A DNA stretch of 64,000 nt from Actinomycetes bacterium (GTDB lineage Bacteria > Actinomycetota > Acidimicrobiia > Acidimicrobiales > Microtrichaceae), in NCBI GenBank assembly GCA_023389745.1, contig JAEWED010000197.1, positions 1,212-65,211 of the forward strand. Direction: 5' to 3'. A model generated the notes under the pieces. It saw nothing but the letters and a program-made list of their open reading frames with translations. It searched no databases and was not told where the DNA came from. The translations under genes were made by a program, and so were the position numbers. Below, piece by piece: positions 8,240-16,908 of this stretch (positions within the stretch are counted from its first letter, which is position 1; each line of letters begins with the position of its first letter).

Positions 8240-9058
8240 TCAGCCGCCGCGGCCGAGCAGGTGCGCGGCGTGCTGCACGACCATCGGGTCGGGCTCGTGT
8301 GCGACCTTGTCGTGCTTGTGCTTGTAGTCGAGCGAGTGGAGCACGTGACGCATCGACTCGAGTCGCGCCCGCTTCTTGTCGTTCGAGTTCACGACCGTCC
8401 ACGGCGCGGCGTCGCTGTCGGACTGCGCCAGCATCTCGTCACGCGCCGCGGTGTACTGGTCCCAGCGCTTCTGGGCCTCTTCGTCCATCGGCGAGAACTT
8501 CCACTGCTTCAGCGGGTCCTTCAGCCGGTCAGCGAAGCGCTTCGCCTGGTTCTCGCGTGACACTGTGAACCACAGCTTGAACAAGCTGATGCCCGATTCG
8601 ACGAGCGCCCGTTCGTACGCCGGCACCTGACGGAAGAACTCGCCGTACTCCTTGGGCGTGCAGAACCCCATCACCCGCTCGACGCCGGCCCGGTTGTACC
8701 AGGACCGGTCGAACAGGACGAGCTCGCCGGCGGTCGGCAGGTGGTTCACGTAGCGCTGGAAGTACCACTGGCCCTGCTCGGTCTCGTTCGGCTTGGGCAG
8801 CGCGACGACGCGCGCGCTGCGGGGGTTCATGTTCTGCACGAACCGCGAGATCGAGCCGCCCTTGCCCGCAGCATCACGTCCCTCGAAGAGGATGACGACC
8901 TTCCCGCCGGACTCGTTGACGTGCTTCTGGAGCTTCAGCAGCTCGATCTGCAGGTCCCGGAGCTGCGCCTCGTAGACGTCGTTGGCGAGCTTGTCGGGGT
9001 ACGGCGGCTCGTCCTCCATCTGGAGCAACGACGGTGCGGGATGCTTCGAATTGCCCAC
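8240..9058 (-). CDS. ppk2: polyphosphate kinase 2 family protein
   Basis: VVILFEGRDAAGKGGSISRFVQNMNPRSARVVALPKPNETEQGQWYFQRYVNHLPTAGELVLFDRSWYNRAGVERVMGF is the PPK2 core including the Walker A. Confidence 0.9.
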   Translation of the reverse strand: MGNSKHPAPSLLQMEDEPPYPDKLANDVYEAQLRDLQIELLKLQKHVNESGGKVVILFEGRDAAGKGGSISRFVQNMNPRSARVVALPKPNETEQGQWYFQRYVNHLPTAGELVLFDRSWYNRAGVERVMGFCTPKEYGEFFRQVPAYERALVESGISLFKLWFTVSRENQAKRFADRLKDPLKQWKFSPMDEEAQKRWDQYTAARDEMLAQSDSDAAPWTVVNSNDKKRARLESMRHVLHSLDYKHKHDKVAHEPDPMVVQHAAHLLGRGG

Positions 9059-9156
9059 GGGTCCTCCGGTGGATCGACGTCCGTGACGGACGCTCGGTCG
9101 GCTGAATGCAGGCTATCGACTGCCCTGTGTGCCGCGTCCGCCGACCGGGGCTCGTC

Positions 9157-10506
9157 TCACACCGGCGGGCGACCGGTCGCGACGCTCCACAGTCGACGCA
9201 CGGTGCGCAACGTCAACGGCGCACGCTTCGCGCCGGGCGACACTCCGGCGACGTCGCGCGGCATGCGGATGCGCAGCGCCAGGTGCCGCAGCTCGAACTC
9301 GACCGGGCTGTCCAGATCGACGTACTCGCCGTCGATGCCGCTGGCGACCGTCGAGCCGGACTCGATGCGGAACGACGGCGTCTGCCACTGCGAGATCAGC
9401 GGCGGTCCGGCCTCGCCGGCCTGGGTCACGGCGACCACGCCGAGCTCTCCGTCGACCAGGCTCGGCCGGCTCGAGAACCCCAACCGCGGCGAGAGCACAT
9501 AGGAGTTGTTCGACACGTGCACGATCACCGCGGACTCGTGGCGGTTGCCGTCGCCGTCGACGAAGTGCAGGTCGAGGGGCTCGGCGTCGGGACCGATCAG
9601 GTCCGGGATCTTGTCGAGCGCGACGCCGATCTTGTTCTCGCGGTACTCCTCGGAGGCGACGATCTCGCCGTACGCACCGATCGACACGTTGTTCAGGAAC
9701 ATGCGGCCGTTCACGGTGGCGACGTCGATGCGCCGCTGCACGGCCTCGCCGAAGGAGTCGAGCGCGGCGAGCGGGTCGGTGCGGTCGAGCCCCAGGTCGA
9801 GCGCGAAGTGGTTCCTGGTCCCCGCCGGCACGCACACGAAGGGGATCCGGTTGTCGGTCGCGATGCTCGCGATCAACGCCAGGCTGCCGTCGCCGCCCGC
9901 CATGCCCAGGCAGTCGCAGCCCTCGCGGACGGCCGCTCGGGCGAGCTCGGGCAGGTCGTCGTCGGGACCGAGCTCGACGACCCGGATGCCCCGCTGTCGA
10001 GCCGCCTCGCTCAGTCCGGCGCGCTCGGCTGCGCCGTCACCGGAGCGGGGGTTCACGATCAGCACCGGGCGCTTCGCAGCGCGCACCAGGTGGCCCGAGG
10101 GCTGATGGATCCACTGCAGGGCGGAGCCGCCGAACGCGGCGGCGACCAGGGCGAGCAGCGCCGCGATCAGGATCGACGGGAAGTCCGCGATGGTCCATGC
10201 GACGGTGCCGACGACGCCGAGCACGGCGACGCCGCAGCCGACCGCCAACACGACGCGCAGCGCGCCACGGCGGCGCAACGCCTGCCAGCCCAGGTAGGCG
10301 GCGAGGCCACCGAACACCAACGGGAACAGCACCTGGGGCAGGCTGCGGACGACCCCGATCACCAGGAACACCAGGGCCGCGGCCAGGGCGATCAGCGCGA
10401 CGGCTGCCTCGACCCGATGCCGACGCCGCAGCTGGGGTCCCAGCGGCAGTCCGGGCTGCGGCGCGTCCGAAGGGGTCGGTTCTGACGCTTCACCGGTGTG
10501 CGACAC
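9157..10506 (-). CDS. diacylglycerol/lipid kinase catalytic-domain protein with N-terminal transmembrane region
   Basis: VLIVNPRSGDGAAE...CLGMAGGDGSLALIA...VCVPAGTRNHFALDLG (DAGK_cat motifs), preceded by about 4 hydrophobic helices. The start is uncertain: the track ORF extends to 10707, and I chose GTG 10506 (VSHTGE...). Confidence 0.8.
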   Translation of the reverse strand: MSHTGEASEPTPSDAPQPGLPLGPQLRRRHRVEAAVALIALAAALVFLVIGVVRSLPQVLFPLVFGGLAAYLGWQALRRRGALRVVLAVGCGVAVLGVVGTVAWTIADFPSILIAALLALVAAAFGGSALQWIHQPSGHLVRAAKRPVLIVNPRSGDGAAERAGLSEAARQRGIRVVELGPDDDLPELARAAVREGCDCLGMAGGDGSLALIASIATDNRIPFVCVPAGTRNHFALDLGLDRTDPLAALDSFGEAVQRRIDVATVNGRMFLNNVSIGAYGEIVASEEYRENKIGVALDKIPDLIGPDAEPLDLHFVDGDGNRHESAVIVHVSNNSYVLSPRLGFSSRPSLVDGELGVVAVTQAGEAGPPLISQWQTPSFRIESGSTVASGIDGEYVDLDSPVEFELRHLALRIRMPRDVAGVSPGAKRAPLTLRTVRRLWSVATGRPPV

Positions 10507-11269
10507 TCGACGGATGACCTCCTCGGGGACCGACGAACGGCCGACCGGCAACCTATCGGACGAGCCGGAGCCCGCAGAGGTCTTCCTCGAGCACGGCCTC
10601 CCCACCTCCGACGGGATCGCGCCCGACGGTTCGGGCGCGCCGTCACGGGAGCCCGACGAGCTGCTGCCTCGCGTCGTGTCCGAGATGGGCAACGTCGACC
10701 GCAACATCTACCGGGCGGTCGCCGCGACCCCCACACCGACCCTCGACGACGCGTTCCGGAAGCTGTCGCTGTTCGCGGACCACGGCAAGCTCTGGTTCAC
10801 CGTCGCCGGCGTCACCGCGCTGGTCGGGGGCAAGCGAGGCCGCCAGGCGGCGATCGACGGGATCCTCGCCCTGGGGCTCAGCTCGGCGGTGGTCAACCAG
10901 GGCCTGAAGGCGGCGCTGCCGAGGCCACGACCCGACCGTGAGCACTACCAGGTGATCGTCGCCCGCCACGTGCCGCTGCCGACCTCGACGTCGTTCCCGT
11001 CGGGCCACTCGGCCTCGGCGTTCGCGTTCGCCAACGGCGCCAGCGGGGCGATGCCCGAACTGGCCGTGCCGTTGCACGTGCTCGCCGCGGCCGTGGCGTG
11101 GTCCCGGGTGCACACCGGGGTGCACTACCCCGCCGACGTGCTCGTCGGCTCGCTCGTCGGAGGGTCGGTCGGCCAGATCGTCGGAGGGCTGCACCGACGA
11201 CGCAGCCTGCGACGCCTGACCCACGGGCTCGCCCGACGGTCACAGTCCGGACGCGGCGACGGCGACTGA
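10496..11269 (+). CDS. PAP2-family (type 2 phosphatidic acid) phosphatase
   Basis: It carries KAALPRPRP, FPSGHSASAFAFA and SRVHTGVHYPADVLVG, which are the three PAP2 motifs (KxxxxxxRP, PSGH, SRxxxxxHxxxD). The start is uncertain; alternatives are ATG 10514 and ATG 10685. It is divergent from the lipid kinase gene. Confidence 0.85.
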   Translation: MCDTRRMTSSGTDERPTGNLSDEPEPAEVFLEHGLPTSDGIAPDGSGAPSREPDELLPRVVSEMGNVDRNIYRAVAATPTPTLDDAFRKLSLFADHGKLWFTVAGVTALVGGKRGRQAAIDGILALGLSSAVVNQGLKAALPRPRPDREHYQVIVARHVPLPTSTSFPSGHSASAFAFANGASGAMPELAVPLHVLAAAVAWSRVHTGVHYPADVLVGSLVGGSVGQIVGGLHRRRSLRRLTHGLARRSQSGRGDGD

Positions 11270-11290
11270 GCGTTCGCTCCGTCGCCGTCG
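11257..11290 (+). terminator. hairpin spanning the PAP2 stop codon (10-bp stem CGACGGCGAC/GTCGCCGTCG, 14-nt loop)
   Basis: Read from the sequence. There is no clear T tract, so this is structure only. Confidence 0.4.
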
Positions 11291-11350
11291 AGAGGTGCAA
11301 CCGGTTCAGGCGGACCGCCCGTTCAGCGGCCGGCCGTCGAAGGGCCGGGA

Positions 11351-11599
11351 TCAGGTGTCGAGCACCATCGCCATGATCAGCGTGTTGAACACGAACAGCA
11401 GAGCGACCACCACGGTGATCCGGTCGAGGTTCTTCTCCATGACCGTGGAGCCCGCCGCCGAAGCGCCCAGGCCGCCACCGAACATGTCGGACAGGCCGCC
11501 GCCGCGCCCGCTGTGCACGAGCACGAGCGTGATCAGCGCGATTCCGAGGCCGAACTGGAGTACCCACAGGATGGTCGTGACGATTCCCACGGCCGACAC
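11351..11599 (-). CDS. secG: preprotein translocase subunit SecG
   Basis: VSAVGIVTTILWVLQFGLGIALITLVLVHSGRGGGLSDMFGGG... sits downstream of tpiA as in many bacteria. I chose the GTG 11599 start; the track ORF reaches 11638. Confidence 0.8.
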   Translation of the reverse strand: MSAVGIVTTILWVLQFGLGIALITLVLVHSGRGGGLSDMFGGGLGASAAGSTVMEKNLDRITVVVALLFVFNTLIMAMVLDT

Positions 11600-11671
11600 A
11601 GTATCCGACGACGGCGCCCGACCTGAACCTCGCAGCACCCGGCGACGAGGTTCCCGGCGGGCACCGGCCGA

Positions 11672-11758
11672 TCAGTGGTTCCGGTACTGGACGATCGCCG
11701 CGGTCACACCGGGCGTCGGCCGCACCTCAGTGGTTGCGGTACTGGACGATCGCCGCGA
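11672..11758. repeat. direct duplication of the tpiA 3' end including the stop codon (31 nt, 1 mismatch, 55-bp offset)
   Basis: TCAGTGGTTcCGGTACTGGACGATCGCCGCG at 11672-11702 matches TCAGTGGTTgCGGTACTGGACGATCGCCGCG at 11727-11757, which is the real gene end. Confidence 0.9.
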
Positions 11759-12500
11759 ACTCGTCGGGATCGAGGCTCGCGCCGCCGACGAGGGCGCCGT
11801 CGATGTCGGGCTGGCCCATCAGCTCGGCGATGTTGCCGGGCTTCACGGAACCGCCGTACTGGATGCGCACGTTCGCGGCGGGCTCGGCACCGAACTCGGC
11901 CTCGACGACGCGGCGGATGTGGGCGCACATGTTCTGGGCGTCCTCCGAGGTGGCGGTGCGGCCGGTGCCGATCGCCCAGATCGGCTCGTACGCGATGACG
12001 AGCGAGCCGACGTGCTCGGGGGTGACGCCGTTGAGCCCGAGGCGGATCTGACCCTCGACCTTGGCCTCGGCCTGGCCGCCCTCGCGCTCCTCGAGCGTCT
12101 CGCCGCAGCACACGATCGGGGTCATGCCGTTGCCCAGCACGGCCTTGGCCTTCTTGTTGACCGTCTCGTCGGTCTCACCGAAGTACTCGCGGCGCTCGGA
12201 GTGACCGACGATCACGTGGGTGACGTTCAGCTTGGCGAGCATCGGCGGGGCGACCTCGCCGGTGAAGGCACCCTTGTCCTCCCAGTGGCAGTTCTGCGCA
12301 CCGATGAGGATCTTCATGTTGTCGGACTCGATCACCGTCTGGATCGAGCGGATGTCGGTGAACGGCGGGTGCACCGACACGTCGACGGCGGCGTAGTCGT
12401 CGTTGTCGAGGCGGTAGCTCAGCTTCTGCACCGCCTGGATCGCCTCGAAGTGGTTGTGGTGCATCTTCCAGTTGCCGCTGATGATCGGCTTGCGTGCCAT
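11727..12500 (-). CDS. tpiA: triose-phosphate isomerase
   Basis: MARKPIISGNWKMHHNHFEAIQ...AYEPIWAIGTG...QYGGSV. Confidence 0.95.
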   Translation of the reverse strand: MARKPIISGNWKMHHNHFEAIQAVQKLSYRLDNDDYAAVDVSVHPPFTDIRSIQTVIESDNMKILIGAQNCHWEDKGAFTGEVAPPMLAKLNVTHVIVGHSERREYFGETDETVNKKAKAVLGNGMTPIVCCGETLEEREGGQAEAKVEGQIRLGLNGVTPEHVGSLVIAYEPIWAIGTGRTATSEDAQNMCAHIRRVVEAEFGAEPAANVRIQYGGSVKPGNIAELMGQPDIDGALVGGASLDPDEFAAIVQYRNH

Positions 12501-12625
12501 GAGGCGCTCCCTGTCGTTCCTGGTGCTGTCGCGGTCGTTCGTGGTGCTGTTGCGCTGGTTGTCGAGCGCTGAGTCTGGTGCCCTGGTTGCTGGGCCCGGG
12601 TGTCGGACCCTGGGTGTCGGGCGGG

Positions 12626-13759
12626 TCAGGCGTTGGAGGCGCCGCGCAGGGCCTCGAGGCCCGGCAGGTCGCCCTGCTCGATCAGCTCGAGCGAGGCGCC
12701 GCCACCGGTCGAGATGTGCGACACCTGGTCGGCGAGCCCGAACTGGGCGACCGCCGCGGCGGAGTCGCCGCCACCGATGACCGAGAAGCCGCGGCTCTCG
12801 GCGACGGCCAGTGCGACGGCACGGGTGCCGGCTTCGAAGCGGGGGTCCTCGAACACGCCCATCGGGCCGTTCCAGAGGATGGTGCGGGCCTCGGCGATGA
12901 TGTCGCCGAACTCGGCCGCGGAGCCCGGGCCGATGTCGAGGCCCATCCAGCCGTCGGGCAGCGAGCGACCGAAGTTGCGCACCTCTCCCCCGGCGGACGG
13001 ATCGCCGATCTTGCCGCCGGGGCCCAGGCCGACGACGTCGCTGGGCAGGTGCAGGCGGTCACCGTGCTCGTCGAGCAGGCGCTTGCAGGTGTCGATCTGG
13101 TCGGGCTCGCACAGCGAGTTGCCGATCTGGTGGCCCATCGCGGCGAAGAACGTGAAGCACATCCCGCCGCCGATGATGATCGAGTCAGCGATGTCGAGCA
13201 GTGCGGTGAGCACGCCGAGCTTGTCCGACACCTTGGAGCCGCCGGTGATCGCGACGAAGGGCCGCTTGGGGTCCTCGCGCAGGCCGAGCAGGACCTCGAC
13301 CTCCTTGGCCAGCAGTCGACCGGCCGCCGAGGGCAGCCTGGTCGGCGGGCCGACGATCGAGGCGTGGGCCCGGTGCGACGCGCCGAACGCGTCGTTGACG
13401 TACAGGTCGTGACCCTCGACGAGACGGTCGACGAACGCGGGGTCGTTCGACGTCTCGCCCGGGTCGAAGCGGAGGTTGTCCAGCAGACGCACGCCCGGAG
13501 CGAGCTCGGACAGACGTGCGCGTACCGGATCCACGGAGTACTTGGGGTCCGGAGCGCCCTTGGGGCGACCCAGATGGGTGCACGCGGTGACGGTGGCGCC
13601 GTGCTCGATCAGCCATTCGATCGTGGGCAGCGCCGCCCGGATGCGGAGGTCGTCGGTGATGACGCCGTCCTTCAGCGGGACGTTGAAGTCGGCGCGCAGC
13701 AGCACCGACTTCCCGTCCACGTCACCCAGGTCTTCCAACTCCGGCACACCGAACTTCAT
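12626..13759 (-). CDS. pgk: phosphoglycerate kinase
   Basis: GKSVLLRADFNVPLKDGVITDDLRIRAALPTIEWL...GGGDSAAAV...STGGGASLELIEG-like C-terminus. Confidence 0.95.
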   Translation of the reverse strand: MKFGVPELEDLGDVDGKSVLLRADFNVPLKDGVITDDLRIRAALPTIEWLIEHGATVTACTHLGRPKGAPDPKYSVDPVRARLSELAPGVRLLDNLRFDPGETSNDPAFVDRLVEGHDLYVNDAFGASHRAHASIVGPPTRLPSAAGRLLAKEVEVLLGLREDPKRPFVAITGGSKVSDKLGVLTALLDIADSIIIGGGMCFTFFAAMGHQIGNSLCEPDQIDTCKRLLDEHGDRLHLPSDVVGLGPGGKIGDPSAGGEVRNFGRSLPDGWMGLDIGPGSAAEFGDIIAEARTILWNGPMGVFEDPRFEAGTRAVALAVAESRGFSVIGGGDSAAAVAQFGLADQVSHISTGGGASLELIEQGDLPGLEALRGASNA

Positions 13760-13788
13760 GGAACTCCCTCGTACTCGTTCCGACCCGT

Positions 13789-13840
13789 CGGTCCCGTGCG
13801 ATCGGCGCGCCCGTCAGGGGGCGCCCACCGCACGGGACCG
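13789..13840 (-). other. nested stem-loop in the gap-pgk intercistronic spacer
   Basis: The outer stem is CGGTCCCGTGCG (13789-13800) paired with CGCACGGGACCG (13829-13840). The inner stem is GCGCCC/GGGCGC around 13807-13824. Confidence 0.6.
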
Positions 13841-13848
13841 CGGACGAC

Positions 13849-14859
13849 TCACTTGTTGGCGGCGCCGACGATCTTGGCCAGGTCGACCAGACGGTTGGAG
13901 TAGCCCGACTCGTTGTCGTACCAGGACAGGACCTTGACCAGGTTGCCCATGGCCATGGTGAGGCCCGAATCGAAGATGGAGCTGGCGGGCGAGCCGACGA
14001 TGTCGGAGCTGACGATGGGCTCGTCGGTGTACTCAAGGATGCCCTTGAGGCGACCCTCGGACGCGGCGGCCTTGAACGCCTCGTTGACCTGCTCGACGGT
14101 GACCTCGGTCTTGAGCTGGCCGGTGAAGTCGGTGATCGAGCCGGTCGGGATCGGCACACGCAGCGACGTGCCGTCGAGCTTGCCCTTCATCGACTCGAGC
14201 ACGAGCGAGGTGGCGCGGGCCGCGCCGGTCGACGTCGGCACGATGTTGATCGCAGCGGCACGGGCACGACGCAGGTCGCTGTGGGGGCCGTCGACGAGCG
14301 ACTGGTCGCCGGTGTAGGCGTGGATGGTGTTCATCAGGCCCTTCTCGACACCGAACGCGTCGTCGAGGACCTTGATGAGGGGCACGAAGCAGTTGGTCGT
14401 GCACGAGGCGTTCGAGACCACGAAGTGCTGCTCGGGGTCGAAGGTGTCGTCGTTGACGCCGACCACGAACGTCGCGTCCGCCTCGGTCGCAGGTGCGGAC
14501 ACGATCACACGCGGCGCACCGGCCTCGAGGTGGGCAGCGGCCTTCTCACGGCTCGTGAAGAAGCCGGTCGACTCGATCACGACGTCGACGCCGAGGTCAC
14601 CCCACGGGATGTCCTTGGGGTCGCGGTGCGAGACGACCTTGAGCACGTCGCCGTCGACGTCGATGCCGCCCTCGACCGCGGTGATCACGCCCGGGTAGGT
14701 GCCGGCCACCGAGTCGCGCTTGAGCAGGTGGGCCATGGTCGGCAGCGAGCCGAGGTCGTTCACGGCCACGAAGTCGATGTCGGCGCCCTGCGCCTTCGCG
14801 GCGCGGAAGAAGTTGCGCCCGATGCGACCGAAGCCGTTGATGCCAACACGAATCGTCAT
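13849..14859 (-). CDS. gap: type I glyceraldehyde-3-phosphate dehydrogenase
   Basis: MTIRVGINGFGRIGRNF...SNASCTTNC...WYDNESGYSNR. I chose the start at internal ATG 14859 of the track ORF. Confidence 0.95.
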   Translation of the reverse strand: MTIRVGINGFGRIGRNFFRAAKAQGADIDFVAVNDLGSLPTMAHLLKRDSVAGTYPGVITAVEGGIDVDGDVLKVVSHRDPKDIPWGDLGVDVVIESTGFFTSREKAAAHLEAGAPRVIVSAPATEADATFVVGVNDDTFDPEQHFVVSNASCTTNCFVPLIKVLDDAFGVEKGLMNTIHAYTGDQSLVDGPHSDLRRARAAAINIVPTSTGAARATSLVLESMKGKLDGTSLRVPIPTGSITDFTGQLKTEVTVEQVNEAFKAAASEGRLKGILEYTDEPIVSSDIVGSPASSIFDSGLTMAMGNLVKVLSWYDNESGYSNRLVDLAKIVGAANK

Positions 14860-14966
14860 GTGATTCCCCTGGGAAGTAGGTCGGTGGATCCCCAACCCTC
14901 TCACAGCCGGGGACAAGCCCTATGCGAGCAGATGGCCGACACCGCCGCAAAAGGGCGTCGCATCGA

Positions 14967-15977
14967 TCAGCCCAACAGGCCTTCGAGCGCCTTGCCGAGC
15001 AGTTCGGGATCGTGTGCGAGCCCCGACGGGCGCGCCAGCGGCGCGGCGACCGCCCGGGGCACGTCGTGGGCCACGCCGATGGCATCGGGGTCGTAGAGCA
15101 CGACATCCGGATGCAGTCCGTGCCGCTCCAGCGCGGCCACGTGCGCCGCGACGTCGTAGCCATCGGTCTCGGGCACCTGCGGGCGCAGGTTGCAGACGTA
15201 CACCAGGGTGCCCGTCGACGCCGCGATCGCGTCGGCGATGCCTCCCGCAGCGGTCGCGGCGAGCACGCTGGTGAACAACGACCCGGGGCCGAGCACGATC
15301 TGGTCGGCGGCGGCGATCGCGGCGAGCGCCTCGGCCGGCGCCGGTGCGGCCGGCTCCAGGTGCACCGTGCCGATGTCGCGACACGCGCTGACCGACACCT
15401 GCCCCTCGACCTGCTCACCCGTGCCCCTCGAGGCGTGCAGGGCGACGGTGTGGGTGGTGCTCGGCAGCACCCTGCCGACGGCGCCGAGCAGCGCCCCGAT
15501 CTCGTCGAGCGCGGCGACCAGGTCACCGCCGCTCTCGTCGAGGGCCACGATCAACAGGTTGCCGAAGGCGTGGCCCTCGAGCTCGCCCGCGTCGAAGCGG
15601 TGCTCCATCGCCGTGGCGAGCCGGGAGCCGGGCTCGGCGAGCGCCACCAGGCACTTGCGCAGGTCACCCGGCGCGGGCCGGTCCGCGGCGGCGCGCAACC
15701 GACCCGTCGAGCCGCCGTCGTCCGCGACCGACACGACCGCGGTGATGTCGCCCGCGTACGTGCGCAGGGCACGCAGGCTCGCCGCCAGGCCGTGACCGCC
15801 GCCGACCGCGACGACGCGCGGCCCGTCGGCCGAGCCGGTTGCTGCGGCCGCGGCCTCGGTGGCCGTGCCCTCGGTGGCCGTGCCCTCGGCGGCCGTGCCG
15901 GCCGATTCGCCCGGGCGGCTCACTTGGCGACGTCCCGGTGACGGATGCGCGGCTCGGTGCCGCGCTCGCGCAGCCAA
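14967..15977 (-). CDS. yvcK: YvcK/CofD-family gluconeogenesis factor
   Basis: VVAVGGGHGLAASLRALR...VVSVADDGGSTGRLR...PGDLRKCLVAL. The start is uncertain: the low-complexity N-terminus overlaps the rapZ end. Confidence 0.85.
   Translation of the reverse strand: MAARARHRAAHPSPGRRQVSRPGESAGTAAEGTATEGTATEAAAAATGSADGPRVVAVGGGHGLAASLRALRTYAGDITAVVSVADDGGSTGRLRAAADRPAPGDLRKCLVALAEPGSRLATAMEHRFDAGELEGHAFGNLLIVALDESGGDLVAALDEIGALLGAVGRVLPSTTHTVALHASRGTGEQVEGQVSVSACRDIGTVHLEPAAPAPAEALAAIAAADQIVLGPGSLFTSVLAATAAGGIADAIAASTGTLVYVCNLRPQVPETDGYDVAAHVAALERHGLHPDVVLYDPDAIGVAHDVPRAVAAPLARPSGLAHDPELLGKALEGLLG
15855..15899. repeat. 15-bp tandem repeat x3 (CTCGGTGGCCGTGCC), in frame (EGTAT repeats) in the yvcK 5' region
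   Basis: Read from the sequence; position cross-checked against track ORF 15839. Confidence 0.85.
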
Positions 15978-16774
15978 CCCGCGAGGCGTTCGGTGATCGA
16001 CACCGAGCGGTGACGACCGCCGGTGCAGCCGAACGCGATGGTGAGCACCGACTTGCCCTCGTTCACGTACGCGGGCAGCAGCAGGTCGAGCAGGGACTCG
16101 AGCCGGTCGAGGAACTCGCCGGTCAGCTCGAACGACGCGACGTAGTCCTGCACCTCGGGGTCGAGCCCGGTCATCGGACGCAGGTCCTCGACCCAGTGCG
16201 GGTTCGGCAGGAACCGGCAGTCGATCACGACGTCCGCGTCGGGTGGCAGGCCGTGCTTGTACCCGAACGACATGAGGGTGACCTGGGTGGTCTCGTTGCC
16301 GGTGTACTCGCCGAACTGGTCGACGACGCGGCGTCGGAGGTCGTGCACGTTCAGGTCGGTGGTGTCGATGACGACGTCGGACGCCCCGCGCACGGGCTCG
16401 AGCCGGCGCCGCTCCTCTTCGATGGCCCCCTCGACCGTGCCGACGTCGCCGAGCAGCGGGTGGCGCCGTTTGGTGTCGCCGTAGCGGCGCACCAGGTTCG
16501 GGGTCGACGCGTCCAGGAAGACGGTCATCACGCTGGCCCCCGAGCTGCGCAGCTCCTCGAGCGCCGGGCCGACCTCGTCCAGGTCGGAGCCGGAGCCGAC
16601 CACGAGCGCGACCGGAGTCGTCGACCCGGACTGGAACCGTGCCAGCTCGGCGACCTTGGGGATCAGCTCCGAGGGCAGGTTGTCGATGACGAACCAGCCC
16701 AGGTCCTCGAGGGTGTTGCCCACCTGGGTCCGTCCCGCGCCCGACAGGCCGGTGACGATCACGAACTGCACCAT
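15920..16774 (-). CDS. rapZ: RNase adapter protein RapZ
   Basis: MVQFVIVTGLSGAGRTQVGNTLEDLGWFVIDNLP...FGCTGGRHRSV. Confidence 0.9.
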   Translation of the reverse strand: MVQFVIVTGLSGAGRTQVGNTLEDLGWFVIDNLPSELIPKVAELARFQSGSTTPVALVVGSGSDLDEVGPALEELRSSGASVMTVFLDASTPNLVRRYGDTKRRHPLLGDVGTVEGAIEEERRRLEPVRGASDVVIDTTDLNVHDLRRRVVDQFGEYTGNETTQVTLMSFGYKHGLPPDADVVIDCRFLPNPHWVEDLRPMTGLDPEVQDYVASFELTGEFLDRLESLLDLLLPAYVNEGKSVLTIAFGCTGGRHRSVSITERLAGWLRERGTEPRIRHRDVAK

Positions 16775-16908
16775 GCCGTCAGGCTACGACCACGCCGGCG
16801 CATCCAGAACCGCGCTGTCGGTGCATCCGGTTGCGGATCGCGTGCGAAGAGGCAGACGAGACCACTCACCGACGTCGCCCGACGCGACGCTCACGAAAGA
16901 GGAACCCG

